Shown: positions 48,891 to 58,045 of the stretch, piece by piece
Layout of the letters: each line of letters begins with the position of its first letter
Numbering within the stretch: the first letter of the stretch is position 1
Source: a virus
Length of the DNA stretch: 64,000 bases
Direction: 5' to 3' (one strand)
Virus record (IMG/VR): IMGVR_UViG_3300023281_001622
Location: 1 to 64,000 of that record
The notes under the pieces: generated by a model
Seen by the model: the letters and a program-made list of their open reading frames with translations, nothing else
The model's database searches: none
What the model was told of the DNA's origin: nothing
Made by a program: the position numbers and the translations under genes

Positions 48891-49053
48891 CAGTGTCACC
48901 TATCAGTGTCACCTATCGGTGTCTATAAGCATGTCAGTGCCATCTATTGGTGTCTTTATGCATTGCCTACGCACTAGCCAGTGTCTACATGCATGTCAGT
49001 GTCACCATACATTGTCGTCATGCATTGCCGTCATGCATTGCCGTCATGCATTG
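48891..49053. repeat. CAGTGTCACC repeats and a 13-bp tandem (CATTGYCGTCATG) array
   Basis: CAGTGTCACC at 48891, 48904 and 48997; about 3.3 copies of the 13-mer at 49010-49053. Confidence 0.75.
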
Positions 49054-49380
49054 TGTGTCCTCCCCCCCTCTTTGGTCACCTTTATTTGTTGTCTATATTA
49101 GTTGGACATACATATGTATTTAATGTAATGCTAATAAGAGTAATGTGAGCCGTTTAAGCATATCTACAGTGTTTGTGTAGCCGACAGTGCCTACGACGTC
49201 TTAGAACGTCCGTATGAGCCGCTAAAGGCATAACAGCAGTTTAGACACCTGCTTAGGTGTGATTTATCTCCCTCTATGTGGGATACATGTGTGGTTAGTA
49301 AGCCACCAGCATAAGGATATAGCAGGCGACCAACATGAGGGTGAATACGACGCCCTCTATGAGGGTGATTATTAGCGATT

Positions 49381-49587
49381 TCATGATGATGTTAATAGGT
49401 TGTTGATAAGGGTATTGGTGAGGTCGACAGCCATATCTAGGTTGCTTATCTCATTGAGCACTTCCTCCTGTTCTTCGAGGCACTCAGCAGACTCACCATG
49501 TTGGATCATGCAGTAGTGTTGCTTGAGTTCTGCGTATGACTCTTCGTATTTACAGAGTTCTTCTTGTAGGTATTCGAGGTTGTTCAT
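49381..49587 (-). CDS. Small acidic coiled-coil early protein
   Basis: ATG ORF. Confidence 0.5.
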   Translation of the reverse strand: MNNLEYLQEELCKYEESYAELKQHYCMIQHGESAECLEEQEEVLNEISNLDMAVDLTNTLINNLLTSS

Positions 49588-49591
49588 GGTG

Positions 49592-49879
49592 CTAGTTGGG
49601 TAAGTGCCATTCCTGGGTTGAGACTAGAACGACAGCCTTGTCTGCTGTCTTCTCGAAGGAGAATACGTAGAAGCCACTGTTTGAACCCCATACTTGGAAG
49701 AAGCCTTTATGCTTAACCCCCTCTTTACGGAGGGCTTTACGTAGCGACTTGGCGTATTTACGTGGTTGCGGGCGATGTGCTACAGCACGTTCGTTGAAGT
49801 CGGTGGACTCGGACAGAAACATGAGGTATCCATCTATTAAGAGTTGTTCTTCTGATGTGGGTTGTTCTTCTGGTTGCAT
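49592..49879 (-). CDS. Early hypothetical protein
   Basis: Likely start at MQPEEQ. Confidence 0.5.
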   Translation of the reverse strand: MQPEEQPTSEEQLLIDGYLMFLSESTDFNERAVAHRPQPRKYAKSLRKALRKEGVKHKGFFQVWGSNSGFYVFSFEKTADKAVVLVSTQEWHLPN

Positions 49880-50252
49880 AATATTGGTTTGTTTGTTGAG
49901 GCACGTGGACGTCATCGGCAGATTACCGAAAGACAAACACCCAGTTCCCCTTACGTAGTAAGCAAAGGGGAAAAGAGACACAGTCTTCTGAACACGGAGG
50001 ATGTGTGTCTGCACGCTAGCTGTGTGCGGCTCGTGAGTGAGTCGTGTGAACACGTCTCGTGAGTGCATCTCGTGAGTGCGTCATGTCTAGGCTTGGCATG
50101 AGCTTCGCTCATGACATCGAGACGACGAGGAACGAGGCGGCGAGCTGTATTGGAGGGGCTACGGGTGGGGGGTGATGGGGCCACCCGTGTGAGCGGAGAA
50201 GAAAGACTGAAAGGACCCCTCAGCAAAAAATATATAAAATCGGCATTTTAGT

Positions 50253-50318
50253 CGTAACTAAAGTTACGTCACTAAAGATCGCTGACTAAAGTTACTCCTA
50301 AAGATCGCTCCTAAAGGG
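50253..50318. repeat. Iteron-like CTAAAG array at the transcriptional divergence point
   Basis: CTAAAG at 50258, 50272, 50286, 50298 and 50311. Confidence 0.75.
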
Positions 50319-50599
50319 ACAGGGTGATAGCGGGGTGTGCTAACGTGGGTGGTGGGGGGTGCAGACGAGCATGTGGGCTGGTGGACATATCATTAAGATA
50401 TGTGTATAAAGATATACATGGCAGACGAAACGCAGTGTAGGGACAGCTCAGCACAGGAAGGTGCGAGAGTGTGCCCTGTATGTAATAGGGAGTGGCGAGA
50501 GATGGGGGTGGGCGAAGGGGATCACCCTGAATGGGACGTTGATAACAACAGGATGGCCCAGTGGGATGAATTTTTAACAGACGAAGAAAAGTAGAATCA

Positions 50600-50860
50600 A
50601 TGAATATACACGAAAGTAACTTGGAGCGTTTAGGCGCAATATTGTATGGCAACTTTATGTTGCACGTTTCTGGAGATAATGGGTTTAAGCCGTATTCCGA
50701 GCTAGACGATTTGGATCAAGAGGGGTGGAAATCGGTGGCTAGGACGGCGATTGTTATTACGACACAACAACTGGATGACCATTTGAAAACGGGATTGCAG
50801 GAGTTTGAAGTGATGGAGAACGGGGTGGTGGTGAAAAAGCAGTTATTGGATTTAGGATAA
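50600..50860 (+). CDS. Hypothetical phage protein
   Basis: ATG ORF near the start of the rightward operon. Confidence 0.55.
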   Translation: MNIHESNLERLGAILYGNFMLHVSGDNGFKPYSELDDLDQEGWKSVARTAIVITTQQLDDHLKTGLQEFEVMENGVVVKKQLLDLG

Positions 50861-51156
50861 TGAACATCAAGGTGTTGGACACGTATTCTGGGGAGAAGGT
50901 GTGGTCGAGCGAGATCGACGCTGATGACATCTGCTTTGGTGGGTGGAGTTGTGATTGTATGAGAGCCACTTTGTTTAATCCACGTAGGACATGTGGCTGT
51001 GCAGACGGAGGTGATTGTCGTGGGCATGAGAGGTGGATTGTTGTTGATCGTTTTTGTGTGAACGAGACGGACGATAGTGAGCTGCCCACTATGCATGAGT
51101 GCAACCACAATTACCCAGAGGAGCTGTTGGTGGTGAATGGAGTGGAGCTAGATTAG
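50860..51156 (+). CDS. Small Cys-rich phage protein
   Basis: G.WSCDC.R motif; TAATG overlap. Confidence 0.55.
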   Translation: MNIKVLDTYSGEKVWSSEIDADDICFGGWSCDCMRATLFNPRRTCGCADGGDCRGHERWIVVDRFCVNETDDSELPTMHECNHNYPEELLVVNGVELD

Positions 51157-51169
51157 TAGGCAATAACTT

Positions 51170-51478
51170 ATGTATTTATACGACTCTTTAATGGCTGATA
51201 GAATGTATGATACGGTGGCTCGAGCTTTTATTGCGGGAGCGCCAGACGAGGAACAAGCTGACAAGGCACGTGCTGTCTTCCAGGCTTCTGACGAGGGGTG
51301 GAGGGTGGTGGCACGGACACTGGCTCAGTTGTCCCCTTCCCTACTGAGGGTGAGTGATTTGTCACGTATTACGACTGCTATACATAGAACGATCCCCCAG
51401 TTTTATTACGAGCTGCAAGTGCCAGCGCCACGATTGGAGAAGGTGGAGAAGATTGCACCATACGCTACAGATTTATAG
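51170..51478 (+). CDS. Hypothetical phage protein
   Basis: ATG ORF. Confidence 0.5.
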   Translation: MYLYDSLMADRMYDTVARAFIAGAPDEEQADKARAVFQASDEGWRVVARTLAQLSPSLLRVSDLSRITTAIHRTIPQFYYELQVPAPRLEKVEKIAPYATDL

Positions 51479-51482
51479 GTAT

Positions 51483-51740
51483 ATGACACATAATGTATTG
51501 AGAGATTTAATTTTAGAGGGGGCTCCTAGTAAGTTGGATGCGGATGAGGCCATGTTGTCTATGCATCACAGCTCTTACACTTCTTATTCTTTTCGGATTA
51601 TCAACATGATGAAGCAGAGGAATCTTACGCCTGCACAGGAGGAAGACCTTGTTGTTACGTTCTCGATTAATTTTTACACGGCAGATCTACAAAGGTGGAG
51701 ACGCACAGGGACATTTAACAAACAAAACCATGAAGAATAA
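51483..51740 (+). CDS. Hypothetical phage protein
   Basis: Likely start at MTHNV. Confidence 0.45.
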   Translation: MTHNVLRDLILEGAPSKLDADEAMLSMHHSSYTSYSFRIINMMKQRNLTPAQEEDLVVTFSINFYTADLQRWRRTGTFNKQNHEE

Positions 51741-52596
51741 CTGGAAAATAAGTAAGATGAATGACGTTTCCTTGATGGAAATCGACGTGTGTGACAAGCC
51801 TGTTGAGGCTGGATGGGAACAATGGATATTGCTTACCAGTGATTGGCACTGGGATAATGATCATTGTGATTTAAAGAAGCTGACAGAAGATTTTGATTTA
51901 GCACGGGAGCGGGATGCTGCGGTGTTTGCCTTTGGAGATTTGTTCTGCTTGATGCAGGGGCGTTATGATCCACGTAGAGCGAGGAGTGGGATGCGTCCAT
52001 CACTAGATTGTGATAATTACTTAGATGCTGTGGTGGCACAGGCAGATGAGTTTTTTCATCCGTATGCAAAGAACCTGGCGTTAGCCACACGAGGCAATCA
52101 CGAGATTAGCAATATGCGTAATAACGAGACTGACGTTATTGAACGTTTTTGTGAGCGTATGCGTTGGTCTGAGTCACCAGTGATTACTGGGGGCATTGGA
52201 GGATGGGTGTTTTTGAGATGCACGATGAATGGCAAGCGACAAACACTGAAGCTGGCTTATCACCATGGAGCTGGTGGAGGAGGCCCAGCTACGAAGGGTA
52301 CGCCTAAGCACGGCAAGAGAGCGATGTATCTGCCACAGGCTGATATCTTCGTGAGTGGGCACATTCATGAGCGTTGGAGTATTACTAACGTGCAGGAGCA
52401 AGTGAGCAGGTATGGCACGAGGTCGCTGAAAGATCAGACGCACATATGTTTGCCGACATACAAGCAAGAGTATGATCCATCTGGGTATGATTTCCACAAC
52501 CTCAATGAGCGCCCGCCTAAGCCATTGGGAGGCTGTTGGTTGCGTTTACACATGAACAAAGATGGTGTGTTACAATATGATCATATTTTTACATAA
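51730..52596 (+). CDS. Calcineurin-like metallophosphoesterase
   Basis: SDWH, GDLF, GNHE, HHG and GHIH motifs. Confidence 0.88.
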   Translation: MKNNWKISKMNDVSLMEIDVCDKPVEAGWEQWILLTSDWHWDNDHCDLKKLTEDFDLARERDAAVFAFGDLFCLMQGRYDPRRARSGMRPSLDCDNYLDAVVAQADEFFHPYAKNLALATRGNHEISNMRNNETDVIERFCERMRWSESPVITGGIGGWVFLRCTMNGKRQTLKLAYHHGAGGGGPATKGTPKHGKRAMYLPQADIFVSGHIHERWSITNVQEQVSRYGTRSLKDQTHICLPTYKQEYDPSGYDFHNLNERPPKPLGGCWLRLHMNKDGVLQYDHIFT

Positions 52597-52599
52597 GAG

Positions 52600-52806
52600 A
52601 TGACCAAGGATACAATGATAATTAGTGAGTGGGCGAGGATGTGGAGTGTTCCTGTATGGAAGGCACATGTTCGTCTCACACAACTGTGGAAGGATGGTAT
52701 AGTGGAGAAGCAAATTATGTATATCAAACAAAAGCCTTATGAAGCGTATGCTTTGATTTGCAATAACTCGAACGAGCGCAAGCACCTTGCTTTTTCTAAT
52801 TCCTAA
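52600..52806 (+). CDS. Small winged-helix-like protein
   Basis: ORF between the phosphoesterase and terminase. Confidence 0.4.
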   Translation: MTKDTMIISEWARMWSVPVWKAHVRLTQLWKDGIVEKQIMYIKQKPYEAYALICNNSNERKHLAFSNS

Positions 52807-52808
52807 GC

Positions 52809-54593
52809 ATGTCGAACATCTCCACTTCACGCACATCCACTGAGTTTGAACGCTATGGACTGAGGTGGGATACGCAATGGCATAACGATTTATACATCGA
52901 GCTGTATTGCTACCTGCACCATCCATCACCCGAAGGCGAAGGTGGTAGGTTGAAGCAGCTCGAGCATTACTGGAATGCTGTGGATATACTGTGGAACAAC
53001 AACCCACGTAGTCCACGTAAGGTGGTGAGGAACGATTGGACGAACGACATGACTACGGGCATGATCTACAATCGTTATTGTGCTTTAGCAGGGTCTGGTA
53101 GTAGCGGGAAGAGCGACAGCATGGCTGTCTATGGCATTGTTAATTACATGGCTTCGCCACTGAACACGAAGGTGTTGCTTACGTCTACGACACTGACAGC
53201 GGCAAAGCTCCGTGTATGGAAGAGTGTTAGTGAGCTATGGTTGAAGGAGTTTCCAGGCAAGATGGTGCAATCAAACTGTCTGATTAAGGGCTACAATAAG
53301 GTGGGCATCCTGTCTGAGGAGACGGGTTTGAAGCTGATTCCCGCAGCTGGAAGTAGTTCTACTGAGATTGATCAGGGCTTTATTGGAATTAAGCAGGACA
53401 GGGTGATCGCACTACTTGATGAGTTGAGTGAAATACCTATGGGTGTTCTCAATGCTTGCTACTCCAACTTGGAGACAAACCCCCATTTTGAGCTTAAGGC
53501 TGCATCCAACCCTAATTTATACACGGATCCTTTTGGTGTGTTTTCAGAGCCAGCAGATGGCTGGAACAGCATTACTGAGGATGATTACAAATGGAAAACA
53601 TCACGTGGTGTGTGTTACCGCTTTGATGCGGAGAAGAGTCCAAACATTAAGGCGGGCAGAGTGATCTACCCGTGGTTGCCTTCACAAACTTCGATAGACA
53701 TGGCAAAGAATGATTATGGTGAGAACAGTCGTTTCTTCTACCGAATGTTTAAGGCTTTTTGGTTTGCAGGGGCAAGTGATGAGACAATCTACACTGAGGG
53801 TGAGTTGATTACTAATAAAGCGAACAAGAAGATAGATATTAGCGAGTATGCAGGTGAAGCTAAACGTGATGTGATAGTGGCTGGAGGAGATCCCGCTTAT
53901 ACGCAGGGTGGGGACAGGTTTCCTGTGGTTTATGGACAAGTGGTGCAGCTTAAAGGGAAGTCTGTCTTGGAGGTGTTGGGTTACGAGATACTAAAAGATG
54001 ACTTGTCTAAGGATCAGGCGGGTCGGAGTTATAACAGTGTGCGGTTGATGCAGGAGCTAGCAGTGAAACATAGTATATCTCCAGAGAACTTTGGATACGA
54101 CATGACTGGAGCTGGTATACCTTTTCGTGACATTGTTGTAAGTCAGTGGTCTAGCCTACCTATGGGTGTTAATTTTGGTGGTGCTCCCTCTAAGCTACAA
54201 ATCAGTCCTGTAGATAAGCGTTTAGGCGCAGATGTTTATGCTAACAGGGTGAGTGAGATATGGGTGAGGATGAAAGGCTTGGTGAGGGAGGGCAGAATCA
54301 GAGGTTTACCCCCAGAGATCATCAAGGAGATTTGTGAGAGGCGTTGGCATAAGAACATGCTTACTAGCAGTAAGAAGCTACGCATTGAAAGCAAGGTGGA
54401 CATGAAGCATCGAGGTTTGAAAAGTCCAGATTTAGCTGATGCTTTTTTTGTTTTGTGTGAAGTGGCAATACGTAACGGGTTGATGGGACAGATGGAGACT
54501 ATCGAAGTGGATCGACGAGCATCTAGCAGTTGGGAAGAAGCTGCTGCCTACCATGACATTGTTGGTTTAAGTGACACATCATTAGACTACTAG
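52809..54593 (+). CDS. terL: Terminase large subunit
   Basis: Walker A GSGSSGKS, Walker B LLDE, ASNP, RNase H-like nuclease GGDPA..GGD, YDMTG and SPDLADA. Confidence 0.9.
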   Translation: MSNISTSRTSTEFERYGLRWDTQWHNDLYIELYCYLHHPSPEGEGGRLKQLEHYWNAVDILWNNNPRSPRKVVRNDWTNDMTTGMIYNRYCALAGSGSSGKSDSMAVYGIVNYMASPLNTKVLLTSTTLTAAKLRVWKSVSELWLKEFPGKMVQSNCLIKGYNKVGILSEETGLKLIPAAGSSSTEIDQGFIGIKQDRVIALLDELSEIPMGVLNACYSNLETNPHFELKAASNPNLYTDPFGVFSEPADGWNSITEDDYKWKTSRGVCYRFDAEKSPNIKAGRVIYPWLPSQTSIDMAKNDYGENSRFFYRMFKAFWFAGASDETIYTEGELITNKANKKIDISEYAGEAKRDVIVAGGDPAYTQGGDRFPVVYGQVVQLKGKSVLEVLGYEILKDDLSKDQAGRSYNSVRLMQELAVKHSISPENFGYDMTGAGIPFRDIVVSQWSSLPMGVNFGGAPSKLQISPVDKRLGADVYANRVSEIWVRMKGLVREGRIRGLPPEIIKEICERRWHKNMLTSSKKLRIESKVDMKHRGLKSPDLADAFFVLCEVAIRNGLMGQMETIEVDRRASSSWEEAAAYHDIVGLSDTSLDY

Positions 54594-54606
54594 CAAACCG
54601 ACATCA

Positions 54607-54635
54607 TTGACATATCTTAATTAATATGTTATACA
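54607..54635 (+). promoter_or_regulatory. Sigma70-type promoter TTGACA-N17-TATACA with TG extension
   Basis: Consensus -35 and 17-bp spacing; ATG about 10 nt downstream. Confidence 0.65.
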
Positions 54636-54644
54636 CATAATCGC

Positions 54645-55430
54645 ATGAACATACTTGTAACTATCACAAAGCCTTTTGATGGCTATCGCCAGCAGCTGTT
54701 AAGCACAATGCAAGAGTCTAAATATACGGACGATCATTTGTATGTTGTTTGCTCATCTTACGAAGCTGAATACAACACGTCTACTTTAGAGGCTTTTGGT
54801 GATCTGTTTGATAGCATCACTATGTGTCCATTTAGTATTGCTCCTTACGAGCAGGACAAGTGTTCTGTTGAGGATTACACGAACGAGCTGGTAGGCTACA
54901 ATTTGTGGAAGCTGAACATTGAGGGCGAGACACTTTACGTCCCACTTGGCTATGTCCCGACAACAAAGACATGGAATAAGGATGTTAGGGGGGCATTCAG
55001 GGAGAGTGGCAAGCAGTTTATGGGCGCAGTGACTGGTGACGATGATGAATGTTACATAAACGGCTATTTTGTAGCTGATGCAGAGTTTTTCACGAGCAAT
55101 CCGTGCATTAGAGGGTATCGCAAAGGCTTATACTTCATGTATAAAGCACGTAATTACACCAACAGGAGCTTGGAAGTGAGTGATTCTGGCTTGTTTAAAG
55201 CAATCGACACTCTTTCCCCTGTTGAAGCTGTCACACCACCTATTGTTGAGCAGGAGGTGGTGGTTGACCCTCCCTCCCCTGTCCTGGATACGCCCGCACC
55301 TAAGGCTAAGAAAGCAGCCAAGAAAAGGAAGAAGGCGAAGAAGAAGATTTCAAAAACAGCACTCAAGAAGGCCGAACGAGATCTGAAGAAAACAAAAGAC
55401 CAACAACAAGCTGACAAAACCCCTGATTAA
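54645..55430 (+). CDS. Hypothetical protein with Lys/Ala-rich (histone-like) C-terminal tail
   Basis: KAKKAAKKRKKAKKK tail. Confidence 0.6.
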   Translation: MNILVTITKPFDGYRQQLLSTMQESKYTDDHLYVVCSSYEAEYNTSTLEAFGDLFDSITMCPFSIAPYEQDKCSVEDYTNELVGYNLWKLNIEGETLYVPLGYVPTTKTWNKDVRGAFRESGKQFMGAVTGDDDECYINGYFVADAEFFTSNPCIRGYRKGLYFMYKARNYTNRSLEVSDSGLFKAIDTLSPVEAVTPPIVEQEVVVDPPSPVLDTPAPKAKKAAKKRKKAKKKISKTALKKAERDLKKTKDQQQADKTPD

Positions 55431-55433
55431 TCA

Positions 55434-57758
55434 ATGTCCCATATTATGCAAGATGATACAGAAAAGGCTCTTAAAACTTACGAGAGTTCTAACGAGGGGG
55501 ACACCCCCACCGCACCAAAGGAGCGTCTTAAGAATGCTATGGTGTTGAGATCTATTCATCACCACCTTGTAGATCAGGACGAAGCGAGTGAGCGCAACAG
55601 GGCTAAGGTGCAGAACTTGAAGGACTTCAAACCCCCTCTTGATGAGGGTATTTTGCGTAAGCGAGGGCAAGGAAGTCGTTTCAACATCAACTTTGGTGAA
55701 ACTTCATCTATTATCAATGAAGCGCAAAGCCAATACATAGATAGCTTTATATCTCCAGAGCACCTGATTGAGATTAAACTTGGTCGCAACTTGTATGAGC
55801 CATCTGACGGAGATCGCTGGCAACGCATCATGTCTGATGAGTTTACCAAAATGATTCGAGCATGGGATGGTGGTTTATTTGAGTATTTAACACTTATTGA
55901 TCAGTTTGTGACGCATGGCATCGGCATTGGTTACTTCGAGGACAGCACAACGTGGCAATGGAAAGGCAGCGGTTTGCGTGAGTTTAAGTTTCCTAGACGC
56001 ACACAAGCCACTCCAGACTCGGTTGAGATGTGTACGTGCGAAGCTTTCCTTACACCTACTGAGTTGAGCGAGAAGATTGCTGATGAAGAAGCGGCAACAG
56101 CATTGGGTTGGGATGTTAAGGCTGTTAAGCACGCTTTGCAGTCGGCTAATGATGAACTATACGACAGCGACAGTCCTGAGGAGGTGCAGGAGCAACAGAA
56201 AGCGAACGACATGGAAGAAGACGGACACAATAATGTGTTTAGTCCAATCAGAGTGGTTCACGCCTGGGTGAAGGAGCACGACGGCACTGTCAGCACATAC
56301 ATCTGCACTAAAAACCCTACAATGCATGAAGGGCAGACAAATAAAGACATATCAAAGCGCTACCTGTTCAAGCGACAAGGTGAGTATAGAGATTTGAGCG
56401 AGGCATTGCACATTTTTCCCTTCTACACTGGCAATAAAGGCAACATCTACACGATACGTGGACTGGGGTATATGATGTATCCGCAAGGCATGGCTTCAAA
56501 CCTGATGCAGTGTGCTTTGTTGGACAGTGCCAAGGATAGCTTATCTATAAAATACATCTCACCTAGCGAGAAGGCTATTACACGTATTCCTATTATTCAT
56601 GCAGGGCCAGCTACCCTGATTCCTCCACACTTACAGATCGCGGAGAACCAGAAGGCTCCAAACCTACAACAATCAGCAATGCCAGCATTGGATTTGCTTA
56701 GTGGGCAGATGAATAAGAAGAGCGTTAGTAGCACTATGTCTAGCGTATTTAACGACGCACCTGATAGACGTAGTAAGTTTGAACTTACTGCTGCTTTGGA
56801 GCATTTCAACAGCTTGAACAGTAGTGCTATGTTGCTCTTTTCTAGACCTTGGCGCTCTCTCTTAACACAGTCAGTGCAGCGTGCCTTTGATCCAATACAG
56901 AATGTTCTCACTGAGTCGGGCAAGCTTGCAAAGCGTATGCAGAACGCATGCATGCAACGTGGAGTGCCGCCTGAAGTGATGCGCACAATCGACGTTCACG
57001 AGACAAAGACAGGGTTGCCATCGGGGCCTGGTGGCAAGGCAGCTCGTGCTGCACAATACGAAGCTGCTGCCTCTTTGTATACAGCGATGGATGACTCTGG
57101 TCGCCAATTCTTTAATAGAGATCGTATGATTGATATCATGGGGCCTGAGAAAGCCAATAGGTATATTAACACAGAGGAAGTGCCACGAGAGCTTGTAGAT
57201 CACTCGATTGCACGCCTTGAGAATAACGATTTGATGGAGGGTAGTGAGATTGACCCAAGTAACTCAGAGAATTACTCAGTGCATCTACGTATACACATTG
57301 CTGCATTGATGCAGGGTATACAGCAAGTGGAGGAAGGTGCGGTTGACTTGGTTGAGATGACTAAGCAGCTGTATGAATTGTTTATTCACACTACGAAGAC
57401 ATTTGAAATTGCGGTTGTTCCTGAGGCACAGCTTGAGGAGATGAATATCTACAAACAACAACTTCAGCAGATTGGCGAGTATATCAATAATGGTATGCGA
57501 GAGCTACAGAAGATGGAGCGTGAAGGCGAAGGTCAAGAGCAACAGGGTGAAGCTAATGGGGATGAAGTGAAGTCACAGCTTGAGCAACAGAAGAAGCAGT
57601 TGGAGATGCAGATGAAAGCTGAGTCTCATATGCAGAAGATACAGCAAGCAGGTGAAACACACGCACAGAAGCTAGCTTTAGAGCGTCAGAAGGCTTTGCA
57701 AGACTTGGCTATTAATGATGCCAAAGGGGCTCAGGTGGTGCGACAGAAGAATCAATGA
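55434..57758 (+). CDS. Portal protein
   Basis: 774 aa, located between terminase and scaffold/capsid, with a Gln-rich coiled-coil C-terminus (P22-like barrel). Confidence 0.72.
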   Translation: MSHIMQDDTEKALKTYESSNEGDTPTAPKERLKNAMVLRSIHHHLVDQDEASERNRAKVQNLKDFKPPLDEGILRKRGQGSRFNINFGETSSIINEAQSQYIDSFISPEHLIEIKLGRNLYEPSDGDRWQRIMSDEFTKMIRAWDGGLFEYLTLIDQFVTHGIGIGYFEDSTTWQWKGSGLREFKFPRRTQATPDSVEMCTCEAFLTPTELSEKIADEEAATALGWDVKAVKHALQSANDELYDSDSPEEVQEQQKANDMEEDGHNNVFSPIRVVHAWVKEHDGTVSTYICTKNPTMHEGQTNKDISKRYLFKRQGEYRDLSEALHIFPFYTGNKGNIYTIRGLGYMMYPQGMASNLMQCALLDSAKDSLSIKYISPSEKAITRIPIIHAGPATLIPPHLQIAENQKAPNLQQSAMPALDLLSGQMNKKSVSSTMSSVFNDAPDRRSKFELTAALEHFNSLNSSAMLLFSRPWRSLLTQSVQRAFDPIQNVLTESGKLAKRMQNACMQRGVPPEVMRTIDVHETKTGLPSGPGGKAARAAQYEAAASLYTAMDDSGRQFFNRDRMIDIMGPEKANRYINTEEVPRELVDHSIARLENNDLMEGSEIDPSNSENYSVHLRIHIAALMQGIQQVEEGAVDLVEMTKQLYELFIHTTKTFEIAVVPEAQLEEMNIYKQQLQQIGEYINNGMRELQKMEREGEGQEQQGEANGDEVKSQLEQQKKQLEMQMKAESHMQKIQQAGETHAQKLALERQKALQDLAINDAKGAQVVRQKNQ

Positions 57759-58039
57759 TAACTAGAGAACAACTAGCGAGCAACCAAGATGGATTCAAAT
57801 CGGTGGTGGAGAGTGGAGCTTTTAGCTCACTGGAAGCCTGGTTTGAACAACATTCACTACAGGGCAACCCCACTGCGGCTTCCATACAGGATTTAGGCGA
57901 AGTGTATATACGCGAGAGTGGTATAAAATCTGTGTTTAGATCCTTTAGGGAGTTTGCACAGGGTGCTTCTGGAGACAAGCCTGCCGATTCTTTTGAAGAA
58001 GAGGCACTCGAAGATGACACTGAAACAATGCTTAACTAA
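57755..58039 (+). CDS. Small head-morphogenesis-region protein
   Basis: Between portal and scaffold; ATGA overlap. Confidence 0.5.
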   Translation: MITREQLASNQDGFKSVVESGAFSSLEAWFEQHSLQGNPTAASIQDLGEVYIRESGIKSVFRSFREFAQGASGDKPADSFEEEALEDDTETMLN

Positions 58040-58045
58040 AAAACT

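Noticed and set aside
47826-49053. CRISPR array or DGR template repeat
   Set aside because: The repeats are few and irregular with no unique fixed-length spacers; no cas operon or reverse transcriptase is visible
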